From contig OY969421.1 in the NCBI GenBank assembly GCA_963699205.1, positions 1,624,427 through 1,688,426 of the forward strand: a DNA stretch of 64,000 nucleotides, in the 5' to 3' direction. The notes under the pieces were generated by a model. That model had not been told where the DNA came from and ran no database searches. It saw only the letters and a program-made list of their open reading frames with translations. Positions 56,040-64,000 of the stretch are shown here, in pieces (within the stretch, counting starts at the first letter, position 1; each line of letters begins with the position of its first letter). Source of the stretch: Vulcanimicrobiota bacterium. GTDB taxonomy: Bacteria > Vulcanimicrobiota > Vulcanimicrobiia > Vulcanimicrobiales > Vulcanimicrobiaceae. The translations under genes were made by a program, and so were the position numbers.

Positions 56040-56687
56040 ATGCCCTACGGTCCGGGTGCCCGGACGGTCGCCGTGATCAACCGAATCCATGAGGGAAAAT
56101 CCGGCAGCCCGCTCACCCCGGCTAAGTTGGCCGCTCTCGGTGTAGCCGAAGGGAACGCCGTTCGTGTGCAGCGTTCGCTTTATTTTTTGGGGCTTATTGA
56201 CGAGGAGGGGAACCTCACCGAGGGTGCTACGCGGCTACGGAAGGCGGCGAGCGGCGAGTATGCCGAGGCCCTCGCGGAGATCATTCGCGATAAATACGCC
56301 CCCATCATCGAAATGTACGACCCGGCAACGGCGACCGGATTAGATCTGAACAATGCGTTCAGGCAGTACGAGCCTGCCGGACAAAAAGACAATATGATTC
56401 GGCTATACACGGCTCTTTGTCAAGAGGCTGGGTTAATGCCGACGACTGAGAAAAAGCGTGGTCGTCCGCTTGGGTCAAAAGCCAGCGATGGGTCGGCGAA
56501 GCTGCAAAAAAACCGGGAGCAGGCGCGTACCAATGGCACAACTCACCAAAACCATCCTCCGCCGGCACCCTCAATAGTGAACCTTCTCGTATCGAAATTT
56601 CCGGACTTTAATCCAGAGTGGGAGTCCGCCGTCCAAGAACGATGGTTTCAGGCGTTCTCGCGGCTTCAGGAGGAGCTTAAGAAATAA
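56040..56687 (+). CDS. Hypothetical protein with wHTH-like N-terminus (DUF5343-like by recollection) and a basic linker (cargo ORF)
   Basis: MPYGPGARTVAVINRIHEGKSGSPLTPAKLAALGVAEGNAVRVQRSLYFLGLIDEEGNLTEG... A central KKRGRPLGSK AT-hook-like patch. C-terminal helical segment. Confidence 0.6.
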   Translation: MPYGPGARTVAVINRIHEGKSGSPLTPAKLAALGVAEGNAVRVQRSLYFLGLIDEEGNLTEGATRLRKAASGEYAEALAEIIRDKYAPIIEMYDPATATGLDLNNAFRQYEPAGQKDNMIRLYTALCQEAGLMPTTEKKRGRPLGSKASDGSAKLQKNREQARTNGTTHQNHPPPAPSIVNLLVSKFPDFNPEWESAVQERWFQAFSRLQEELKK

Positions 56688-56846
56688 AGCAGCTTTGATC
56701 GCGACAGAAGCCGCCCCCGGTCGTAAAGGGGAGAGCGGCTCCGTGGTAAGTGCCGGTATCGTCGTCCGGCGGCTACCTTGGCGGTCAAGAGGTACGGGGG
56801 TCGTTTGCGGTAAGAGGCGACGGCCCTCGATCTTTTCTTAGCGGCT

Positions 56847-57809
56847 TTAGCGTTTCCCCGTCAAGGTCTTATACGTTAGCCGCTTGCCCTCGGCTAGCTT
56901 CGCGGCTTCAACGAAACGCGGCCCGTCTGTATTCTCGCGCTCATTGAACCGATAGACTTGCTCCTCGACGTATCGTTGCAGATGCTTCGGGCGAGGAGCA
57001 ATATACGTTCCGCGAATGGTGCGCTTGAATACGCTGAAGAACGATTCGATGGAATTCGTGTGAACGTGGCCCTCCACATAAGAATAAGCGTGATCTATCA
57101 CCCGATGGATAAAGTCCCGCTCTAGTCCTTGGTACCAGCGTCCGCCGTCAGTATGAATCTCCGAACCGCGCTTCACGCGGCGGCGAATCTCGGGCTGTAG
57201 CTCGCGGCCCTCTACGAAGGGCGCAACCCATGCTCGCACCTTACCCTTGCGCTCTTTGGACGAGCGCTGCACAATGCCCATGACGGCGGCCTTATCGCCT
57301 GAAAGACGACCTCGCATATAGCTCGACGGCGACCCTTCAAGCCGCGCACGCCGCTTGCGGTTCATTAGCTGGACCGAACCGCCGACGTAGGTTTCATCGG
57401 CCTCGACGGGGCCTTCCAGGGGTTCTTCGGACTCGTCACGCATGGCTTCGCGAATCCGATGGAGCATGAACCAGGCCGTCTTTTGCGTGACGCCAAGCGC
57501 CCGCGCAAGCTCGCAGGATGACGTTCCGTTACGGGTCGCCGTCAGCAACCAGATCGCTGGCAACCACTTGGAAAACGAGATCGGGCTATCTTCAAAGATC
57601 GTGCCCGTCTTGGCCGTAAACTGCTGGCGGCATTCCTTGCATGACCAGCGCCGATACTTGGGCATATACGCGACCTTGGCATTCCCACAATGCGGACAAC
57701 CCGCACCATTCGGCCAACGCAGGCCCGCGAAAAAGTCATGCGCTACCTGGGCGTCAGCGAAATACGCGACGGCTTCGGTAAGAGTGCGCGGGACTTGTAA
57801 CTTGCCCAT
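56847..57809 (-). CDS. IS1595 family transposase (ISXO2-like DDE)
   Basis: N-terminal zinc ribbon CPHCGNAKVAYMPKYRRWSCKECRQQFTAKTGTIFEDS. HTH segment SSCELARALGVTQKTAWFMLHRIREAM. DDE domain with ADETYVGG ... IHTDGGRWY ... HTNSIESFFSVFKR. Confidence 0.9.
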   Translation of the reverse strand: MGKLQVPRTLTEAVAYFADAQVAHDFFAGLRWPNGAGCPHCGNAKVAYMPKYRRWSCKECRQQFTAKTGTIFEDSPISFSKWLPAIWLLTATRNGTSSCELARALGVTQKTAWFMLHRIREAMRDESEEPLEGPVEADETYVGGSVQLMNRKRRARLEGSPSSYMRGRLSGDKAAVMGIVQRSSKERKGKVRAWVAPFVEGRELQPEIRRRVKRGSEIHTDGGRWYQGLERDFIHRVIDHAYSYVEGHVHTNSIESFFSVFKRTIRGTYIAPRPKHLQRYVEEQVYRFNERENTDGPRFVEAAKLAEGKRLTYKTLTGKR

Positions 57810-57834
57810 ACCTCTACTTTACCAGGCAAAGGTA

Positions 57835-57857
57835 GTTTTGTCAAGTATATAATGCCC
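57835..57857. repeat. Terminal inverted repeat (transposase-proximal)
   Basis: GTTTTGTCAAGTATATAATGCCC, the reverse complement of the 54093-54115 repeat with one mismatch. Confidence 0.85.
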
Positions 57858-57865
57858 TAAAGCGC
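57858..57865. repeat. Target-site duplication, right copy (TAAAGCGC)
   Basis: Identical to 54085-54092 and directly abuts the inverted repeat. Confidence 0.8.
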
Positions 57866-57911
57866 ATTAGACCGTTCGCCAGTGCCGATTGGTCGTTCCG
57901 AGGGTAACGTT

Positions 57912-58511
57912 CTAAAGTGCGCGGCGGCCTTCCAAGGCTTTTGTTATCGTCATTTCATCGGCGTAATCGAGGTCGCCGCCGATGGGCAAGCCGTATGCGA
58001 GCCGCGTTACCGCGACACCGAGCGGCGTTAGTAATCGCGAGAGATACAGCGCGGTGGCCTCTCCTTCGGCATTTGGATTGGTCGCCAGAATGATTTCGTG
58101 AGGCTCGTCGCGCCCAATCCGTTCGACCAGGTCTTTGACGTGGAGTTGGGCGGGGCCGATTCCATCAATTGGCGAGATCAAACCGCCCAACACGTGATAT
58201 CGCCCCGTAAACGCTCCGGTTCGCTCGATCGCATAGACGTCTTTCGCCTCGGCAACGACGCAGATGGTACTTGCGTCGCGCCGTTCGTCGGCGCAGTATT
58301 CACATTCGCCGTTTTCCGCAAGCGCGAAACAAGTCGGGCACGAACTCACGCCGTCTTTGAGCGCCACGATCGCTTGCGCCAAAGTCGCCGCTTCGTGGCG
58401 CGGACGATTCAACAAATGGAAAACGAGTCGCGCGGCGGTTTTCGGGCCGATCGTCGGCAGCTTACTGAACTCACCGATCAGCGTTGCCACCGGGCTGGCG
58501 ATTTTTGTCAC
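57912..58511 (-). CDS. recR: Recombination protein RecR
   Basis: LPTIGPKTAARLVFHLL HhH motif. Zinc finger CPTCFALAENGECEYC. Toprim ICVVAEAKDVYAIE. Confidence 0.9.
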   Translation of the reverse strand: MTKIASPVATLIGEFSKLPTIGPKTAARLVFHLLNRPRHEAATLAQAIVALKDGVSSCPTCFALAENGECEYCADERRDASTICVVAEAKDVYAIERTGAFTGRYHVLGGLISPIDGIGPAQLHVKDLVERIGRDEPHEIILATNPNAEGEATALYLSRLLTPLGVAVTRLAYGLPIGGDLDYADEMTITKALEGRRAL

Positions 58512-58816
58512 ATCAATCCGGGAATGCGCATCCCTCCGGTCACGGAGTTCATGCGATTTTGCGAGATCTCGCCGGCTTTGCGCAGCGCTTCGTTGACGGC
58601 AACCGTTACGAGGTCTTCCAGGGTCTCGAGATCGTCTTGGTCCACCGCGTCTTTACCGATCCGGATGCGCTTGACGCGCTGGTCACACGTCATCTCAACG
58701 GTCACCGACCCGCCCGCAGCACTTCCCGTAACCACCGTATCGGCAAGTTCCTTTTGGGCTTTCACCATCTCGGCTTGCATCTTTTTGAATTGCGCCATCA
58801 AGTGTGCTTGATTCAT
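58508..58816 (-). CDS. ybaB: YbaB/EbfC family nucleoid-associated protein
   Basis: 102 aa. MNQAHLMAQFKKMQAEMVKAQKEL...GGSVTVEMTCDQRVKRIRI... Lies in the canonical dnaX-ybaB-recR order. Confidence 0.85.
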   Translation of the reverse strand: MNQAHLMAQFKKMQAEMVKAQKELADTVVTGSAAGGSVTVEMTCDQRVKRIRIGKDAVDQDDLETLEDLVTVAVNEALRKAGEISQNRMNSVTGGMRIPGLM

Positions 58817-58834
58817 GGTACTCCCTAGGAGGCG

Positions 58835-60370
58835 CTAACGAATCCGTTCGTTCGCGTAGTCGAAAAGCGCATCGGCATCCGTAGCATCCGCTGAAGTCGC
58901 GGAAAAACCGCTCGAGTCGACTTTGGCACGCACCTGCAACGGCACGCCTAAGACCTCCGCGATGGCGGATTCGATCAGTTTAGCGTGTTGCCGCACGGCG
59001 TCGGCGTTCCAATCGCTCGGAAGCTTCAGCACGACGGCGTTACCATCGACCGCCTCGACGACGGCACGCGAAAGCACCGCCCGCAGCGGCTGCCGTTCGC
59101 CTTCGACTTTAGTGCGCACGCGCTGCCACGCAGCGCGCACTTGATGCACTGAAACCGCGCTCGAGGGGGCCGAGGAAACCGGCGCATTTGCTTCTTTCGA
59201 AACGGTATCCAGCGGCGCAGCCGCCGCCGGCCCTGCCAAGCGCTCTTCGAGCGTCGCGATTCGGGCGCCAAGCGCCTGGAGGGACGCGTCTTCCCCGGAC
59301 AGGATGAATCGCAAGAGTGCTGACTCGAGCTCCAACCGCGCGTTCCCGCCGCTGCGCGACAACGTGAGCCCCTCTCCAAAAACGCGCAGCGCGCGAACAA
59401 GCATCGCCTGCGACAGGCTTTGCGCCGCGAGCGCCGCTCGATGGGCGTCCTCCGGCGCGAGATCGCGGACGAGCAAATCCGGATCGATACGCGCGATGAG
59501 CAAGTTGCGAAAGCCGACGATCGATGAACGGATGAGGATTTGAAAGTCGATCCCGGCATCCCCGGCGCGCTCGACGGTCGCCAAGGCCGCGGCTGGATCG
59601 CGCGCGATGACGGCATCGATGAGCTCTTGCGCAAAGCCGTGTCCACTGGAGCCGAAGGCCTGGTCGAGCATCTGCGTGTCGATCGTCGCGCCTTGTGAAA
59701 AAGCGGCCAACTGCTCTAGCATCGTCAGCGCGTCGCGCAAGCCGCCTTCTGCCCGGTAAGCGATGGCAGCCAGCGCATTTTCTTCGACCGCGATGGCTTC
59801 GCGGCGCGCAATTTCCCTCAAACGGTCGATCATCACCGGCACGGCGATGCGGCGAAACGCGTATCGTTGGCAGCGTGAAAGAATCGTAACGGGGAGCTTG
59901 TCGGGTTCGGTCGTCGCCAGAACGAACAACGCGTGCGGCGGCGGTTCTTCGAGCGTTTTTAGAAATGCATTGGCGCCTTCCCGCGTTAACATGTGGGCCT
60001 CGTCTATGATGTACACCTTCATCCGCATCGTCGCCGGTGCGAACTTTACCGCCTCACGCAGCCTCCGAATCTCGTCGATGCCGCGATTGCTCGCCGCGTC
60101 GATCTCCAGCACGTCCAACGCCGTCCCGGCCAGCGTCGCGGCGCAGTTCTCGCAGGTGTTGTCGGGAACGACCGTAGGGCCGCCGACACAGTTGACGCAC
60201 CGCGCCAGGATTTTTGCGGCCGAAGTTTTGCCCGAGCCCCGCGGCCCGGAAAATAGATATGCGTGCGCGAGCTTTCCGCTTTCGATTGCGGCGGTGAGCG
60301 TTCGCACGACGGCGTCTTGGCCCACGAGATCGGCGAACGTCAAGGGACGCCAGGTGCGGTAGAGAGACAC
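58835..60370 (-). CDS. dnaX: DNA polymerase III subunit gamma/tau
   Basis: VSLYRTWRPLTFADLVGQ start (GTG 60370; the track TTG at 60379 is also possible). Walker A GPRGSGKTS. IIDEAHML. Zn module CVNCVGGPTVVPDNTCENC. Confidence 0.9.
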   Translation of the reverse strand: MSLYRTWRPLTFADLVGQDAVVRTLTAAIESGKLAHAYLFSGPRGSGKTSAAKILARCVNCVGGPTVVPDNTCENCAATLAGTALDVLEIDAASNRGIDEIRRLREAVKFAPATMRMKVYIIDEAHMLTREGANAFLKTLEEPPPHALFVLATTEPDKLPVTILSRCQRYAFRRIAVPVMIDRLREIARREAIAVEENALAAIAYRAEGGLRDALTMLEQLAAFSQGATIDTQMLDQAFGSSGHGFAQELIDAVIARDPAAALATVERAGDAGIDFQILIRSSIVGFRNLLIARIDPDLLVRDLAPEDAHRAALAAQSLSQAMLVRALRVFGEGLTLSRSGGNARLELESALLRFILSGEDASLQALGARIATLEERLAGPAAAAPLDTVSKEANAPVSSAPSSAVSVHQVRAAWQRVRTKVEGERQPLRAVLSRAVVEAVDGNAVVLKLPSDWNADAVRQHAKLIESAIAEVLGVPLQVRAKVDSSGFSATSADATDADALFDYANERIR

Positions 60371-60508
60371 GGCGCACAAACTTTAGCGGGGCGTTTGGAT
60401 GGTGCCTGCCGGCGGGTAAGGTTGCAACGAGCCGGCCGGCGCAATGGTTATGAGAGTTGCTTCCCAAGCGGCGGTGCTTGGTTCATTGTTGGGATCGGAA
60501 TAAGAAGG

Positions 60509-62152
60509 ATGCCCGTAGATCTTCACGCAGCGCTCCGCGAAAAATTCGGCTTCGCCGGCTTTTATCCCGGACAAGAAGAGGTTATCTCGCGTGTTTTGCA
60601 AGGGCAAGACGCGCTCGCGATCCTAGCAACCGGCGCAGGCAAGAGCCTGACGTACCAACTGCCGGCGCTGTTGCTAGACGGCACGACCGTCGTGGTGAGT
60701 CCCTTGATCGCCTTGATGAAGGACCAGCTCGATATGTTACGCGAGCGCGAAATCACCGAGGTGGTGGCGCTCAACTCGACGCTATCCGAGGATCAAGAAA
60801 TCCGAGCCAGGCAGCGCATCGCTTCGGGAACGTTGCGCATCGTGTATACGACCCCGGAAAAGCTCGAGGATGAAGCGTTTTTGGGATTGCTGCGCTCTAT
60901 CCGCGTACCGCTCTTCGTCGTCGACGAAGCCCACTGCATCAGTCAGTGGGGTCACGATTTCCGCCCGGCATACCTCGCGCTCGGAGCCGCAATTAACAAA
61001 CTGAACCATCCGACCGTGTTGGCCCTTACGGCGACGGCCACGCCCTCGGTACGCGAAGATATCTTGCATCAACTCGGCATCGAACACGTCAAGCCGATCG
61101 TCCGAGGATTCGATCGCCCCAAGTTGATTTACGAGGCTCGCAAGGCCGACAAAGAAGTCGACAAGCTCAAGATTCTTACCAGCCTATTCACGGGGGAAGA
61201 CGCGCTCAAGGGAACGGGGATCATTTACACGGCAACGATCAAGAACGCACTCGAGGTAACGCGTTACTTAATGGATGATTTGCGAGTTGCAGCCGCGGTC
61301 TATCACTCGAAATTGCATAAAGAAGAGCGTACCTCCGTCCATAATTTGTTCATGGATGAATCGATTCGCGCCGTCGTCGCCACCAATGCCTTCGGCCTGG
61401 GCATCGACAAGCCGAACATTCGGTTCGTCGTGCATTACGATCTGCCGGGCTCGCTGGAGGCCTATACTCAGGAAGCCGGACGCGCGGGACGCGACGGTGA
61501 TCCGTCCCGGTGCATCTTGATTTATCGGATGAGCGACACGCGCGTGCAAAACTATTTTCTGACGGGGAAGTATCCCGACGTCGAAGAGGTCCAGCGCGTT
61601 TTTGGAACGATCGAGGTTTTCGCGGGTCAATCCGCCGGCGTGTCACTAGTCGATTTGCGTAAGATTCTACAACTGCCGCTCACCAAGTTGAAAGTGATTC
61701 TGGCGCTGCTGAAAAAATCGGGCTACATTCAGCACGTCGGAAAATCGGCCTATGGGTTGACCGAGGCGGTGCGAAAGCATCGCGAGTTAATCTTGAATCT
61801 GGCGAACTACGAAACGAAAAAATCCTACGATCAAAGCAAACTGGCGATGATGCTGCAGTACGCCGAGACGGCATCGTGCCGGCGGCGCTTCATCCTCAAC
61901 TACTTCGGTGAAGATTTCGAGCAGGCCAACTGCGGTGCGTGCGATAACTGCCTGCGCGCGCAACGGCAAGGTGCCGCGATTGCGGCCATAGACAGCCGCT
62001 TCAAGATCGCCGAACTCGTGAGCCATGCAAAATTCGGAACGGGAACGGTCGAACGCACGGAGCGCGATCTCGTTACGGTGCTGTTTCCGAGCGTTGGTTA
62101 TAAGACGCTACTGGCCTCTGCCGTCAGTCGAGCCGAAGCGCAAATTGCATAA
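60509..62152 (+). CDS. recQ: ATP-dependent DNA helicase RecQ
   Basis: FYPGQEEVI, TGAGKSLTYQLPA, VVDEAHCISQWGHDFRP, ATNAFGLGIDKPNIRFVVHYDLP. Zn-binding CRRRFILNYFGEDFEQANCGACDNC. The ATG at 60509 is preceded by AAGAAGG. Confidence 0.9.
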   Translation: MPVDLHAALREKFGFAGFYPGQEEVISRVLQGQDALAILATGAGKSLTYQLPALLLDGTTVVVSPLIALMKDQLDMLREREITEVVALNSTLSEDQEIRARQRIASGTLRIVYTTPEKLEDEAFLGLLRSIRVPLFVVDEAHCISQWGHDFRPAYLALGAAINKLNHPTVLALTATATPSVREDILHQLGIEHVKPIVRGFDRPKLIYEARKADKEVDKLKILTSLFTGEDALKGTGIIYTATIKNALEVTRYLMDDLRVAAAVYHSKLHKEERTSVHNLFMDESIRAVVATNAFGLGIDKPNIRFVVHYDLPGSLEAYTQEAGRAGRDGDPSRCILIYRMSDTRVQNYFLTGKYPDVEEVQRVFGTIEVFAGQSAGVSLVDLRKILQLPLTKLKVILALLKKSGYIQHVGKSAYGLTEAVRKHRELILNLANYETKKSYDQSKLAMMLQYAETASCRRRFILNYFGEDFEQANCGACDNCLRAQRQGAAIAAIDSRFKIAELVSHAKFGTGTVERTERDLVTVLFPSVGYKTLLASAVSRAEAQIA

Positions 62153-62159
62153 GGCGGGC

Positions 62160-63752
62160 GTGCTGTTTGCGGCGTTGGCCGCACTCTCCGCCGCTGCGCC
62201 TCCGCCTTCTGAATCACCGACGCCCGTACCATCGCCGACGCCTTCCGCGACCCCGGCCGTGACGTCGACGTCGCGGCCGGCCGCAACGCCGACCGCGCCA
62301 CCGCTCACCGTCACGCCGGCGCTCGCGCAAGTACCCGTCGGCGCCAGCGCACAAATAACGGTCGGCTCGGCGATCAGTCCTATTTCGGCGTCGGTACCCG
62401 ACCCCTCACTGGTCTCGATTTCGGTCGATCAGCCCTCGTTGCGCGTGACGTTGACTGGGCTGGCGGTCGGCACGACGACGTTGCACATCAGCGATGCGCG
62501 TGGCGTGACTCGCGACGTACCGGTCCGCGTTGCAAACTACGCAGGAGCAATCGAACCGCATCTATCGTTGCAGCTTACCGGCGACCCGGCCTCCGCGCAG
62601 TTCGTGCGCGAACAAGTCAGCAATGCCCTGGAAACGGCGACGCGTGCGCGACCCGGGGCCGACGTCGTTGTCACGCAGGACGACGTTCCGATGCGCGGGC
62701 CGCTCGAGCAGGATGACGTAGCGTCGTTCGACGTCCCCGTTTTGATTCAAGGCAATCAATACTTCGAGGTCGATGGTTCGACGCGGGTGGACGTCGTAAA
62801 CGTCGCGGTACCGCCTATCTCGCCAAACTCTCTGATGGTCAGCGATTATCCCGAGCGTCTGACGGAGAACGGAACGCTGTTCACCGCGGATCTTCGCTAC
62901 GATGAGCCTTCGAGGTTTCTCTACTTTCACTACAATCCGGGTGGACAGCCCGATCGTCGCATCGTGTTGCGCGCCGCCAATTTGTCCTCAGAACCGTCGA
63001 TCGTGCAATTTATTAGCGGCCAAGGTGGCCCGTCTTCCAATGAGATGGAAGCAGGTCATTCGGCGACGCGCCGCTTTTTGGTCAACGTCGTGCAGAATCA
63101 GGGAAGGTTGATAACGATCCCCGGCAAGAGCTCCATCAACCTCGTGGCGCAGCCGCTTCCCGCCCGCGCGATCGTCTGCAATCTGTTGCAATTGCGCGTG
63201 TTGTCCGGAGGGAACGTTCACTTGACGCTCTTTGCGCAAAATGCCGCGGAGGATCCGAATGCTGCACTGGGCACCGCCGATCTTCTGGAAGCGGCGCACA
63301 AGCACGCGCGCGGCATCTATCCGATTGCCGAGTTTCACTTTGCGGCGCAGTGGAGGGTCGATCAAGAGTACCTGGAGTTGCCGATCGGCCAACTGCCGCT
63401 TCCAAACCACCTAGTAGGACAGGCGCTTGCCGGCGATTATGGCGTACTCCAGTCGTTTGTCGTGACGTTGGAGAACCCGCTTTCGACACCCACGGCTGTG
63501 GCGCTATATGAGAACCCGCGCGGAGGCCGAGCGACCGCGACCTATCTCATCGATGGCGTCTTAGTGCAATCTCATCAGGTGCCGCCCTACTCCCGTTACA
63601 AAGTCCGGCAATACGTCGTTCCTGCGCGCGGCTTCGTTCGCGTGACGATCGTCACGATGCCGGAAGCGGGATCCAGTCTTCCGTTAAAACTGATCTTCGC
63701 TCCCGACGACGGGAGCGTCGCACCCAGCGCGCCGGGTTCACCGGTCTACTAG
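62160..63752 (+). CDS. Secreted protein with a Pro/Thr/Ser linker, a Big_2-like Ig domain and an uncharacterised C-terminal domain
   Basis: GTG start at 62160 gives VLFAALAALSAAAP, a signal-like segment. PT-rich linker. Ig-like VPVGASAQITVGS...LTGLAVGTTTLHISDARG. About 380 further residues have no motif. Confidence 0.55.
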   Translation: MLFAALAALSAAAPPPSESPTPVPSPTPSATPAVTSTSRPAATPTAPPLTVTPALAQVPVGASAQITVGSAISPISASVPDPSLVSISVDQPSLRVTLTGLAVGTTTLHISDARGVTRDVPVRVANYAGAIEPHLSLQLTGDPASAQFVREQVSNALETATRARPGADVVVTQDDVPMRGPLEQDDVASFDVPVLIQGNQYFEVDGSTRVDVVNVAVPPISPNSLMVSDYPERLTENGTLFTADLRYDEPSRFLYFHYNPGGQPDRRIVLRAANLSSEPSIVQFISGQGGPSSNEMEAGHSATRRFLVNVVQNQGRLITIPGKSSINLVAQPLPARAIVCNLLQLRVLSGGNVHLTLFAQNAAEDPNAALGTADLLEAAHKHARGIYPIAEFHFAAQWRVDQEYLELPIGQLPLPNHLVGQALAGDYGVLQSFVVTLENPLSTPTAVALYENPRGGRATATYLIDGVLVQSHQVPPYSRYKVRQYVVPARGFVRVTIVTMPEAGSSLPLKLIFAPDDGSVAPSAPGSPVY

Positions 63753-64000
63753 CGCGTAGATTCGCTCGACGGCGGCCGCCGCGCCATCCCACGAGAAGCG
63801 CGCGGTTGCGCCCGCGCGCCGGCGCAAAGCACGTTCGTCTTCGCGCCCTTCGAGCGCGGCTCGTAATGCGGTAATCCAAGTGTTGAAATCCTCGAGGGCG
63901 ACGACGGGCGCGTCGTCGCCTACGATTTCCGGAAGCGACGTTCGATCCGAAACGATGCATGGCACGCCTGCACAGAGCGCCTGCGCCGCCGCATATCCAA
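63738..64000 (-). CDS. Group 1 glycosyltransferase, C-terminal part (5' end outside window)
   Basis: The frame is open to the window edge. ...GYAAAQALCAGVPCIVSDRTSLPEIVGDDA matches the GT-B/GT4 C-terminal motif. Confidence 0.7.
   Translation of the reverse strand, partial: GYAAAQALCAGVPCIVSDRTSLPEIVGDDAPVVALEDFNTWITALRAALEGREDERALRRRAGATARFSWDGAAAAVERIYALVDR

Larger units (their letters stand above)
54093..57857 (-). mobile_element. IS1595-family insertion sequence carrying passenger genes (transporter IS), 3765 bp
   Basis: 23-bp terminal inverted repeats (22/23 match). 8-bp direct repeats flank it. IS1595-type transposase at 56847-57809. The interior is visibly more AT-rich than the flanks. 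Inserted between the MOSC gene and recR. Confidence 0.85.

Noticed and set aside
58835-60370. Programmed -1 frameshift site in dnaX for a gamma subunit (A AAA AAG type).
   Set aside because: I found no A-rich slippery heptamer on the coding strand of this dnaX.
60380-60508. Possible SRP RNA (ffs) upstream of dnaX, as in the common ffs-dnaX-ybaB-recR arrangement. The minus strand contains GGGAAGCAAC, reminiscent of the GGAAGCAGC helix-8 motif.
   Set aside because: The putative loop is GCUU rather than GNRA. The 5' side lacks the AGG-type symmetric-loop residues. The flanks do not pair into the long SRP hairpin; instead GCAAC/GUUGC forms a local stem. This is better explained as a divergent dnaX/recQ promoter region. 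cmscan would settle it.
1-64000. CRISPR arrays, tRNA/rRNA genes, prophage structural genes, integrases, retron/DGR reverse transcriptases.
   Set aside because: No direct-repeat/spacer periodicity was seen. The intergenic gaps showed no recognisable tRNA or rRNA gene. No such protein signatures were seen in any long ORF. The only mobile-element protein is the IS1595 transposase.

Overview
GC-rich, densely coding bacterial chromosome segment of about 60 genes. Gene content suggests a diderm lineage: apolipoprotein N-acyltransferase, an LptC-like protein, and a beta-barrel protein ending in Phe.

Most of the window is housekeeping:
- Replication, repair and translation: coaE-rpsA-mutM, polA, rmuC, RNase E/G, recR-ybaB-dnaX, recQ.
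- Metabolism and transport: pntAA-pntAB-pntB, an RND pump, a family-5 solute-binding lipoprotein, an lrp-kdd-kamA lysine module, a P450 coupled to a DUF2079 membrane protein, LOG, and a 1303-aa E2o-E1o 2-oxoglutarate dehydrogenase fusion.
- Division and envelope: ftsE-ftsX-M23-2xS41, and minC-minD-minD-minE-rodA.

The only clear accessory DNA is a 3.77-kb IS1595-family element (54093-57857). It has 23-bp inverted repeats and an intact 8-bp target-site duplication. It carries about 2.7 kb of uncharacterised cargo ORFs, which is my best candidate for an undescribed system.

Other points worth a second look:
- a roughly 175-nt highly structured intergenic element (4266-4440)
- an unannotated 55-aa metallothionein-like ORF
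- tandem minD paralogs and a MinE with a long basic tail
- an rpsA whose N-terminus is reachable only through a -1 shift at GGGAAAA

Caveat: four genes (rpsA, RND, kamA, a signal-peptide protein) each carry a single-nucleotide frame disruption at a short homopolymer. This looks more like assembly error than biology. All functional calls come from motif recognition by eye; no searches were run.
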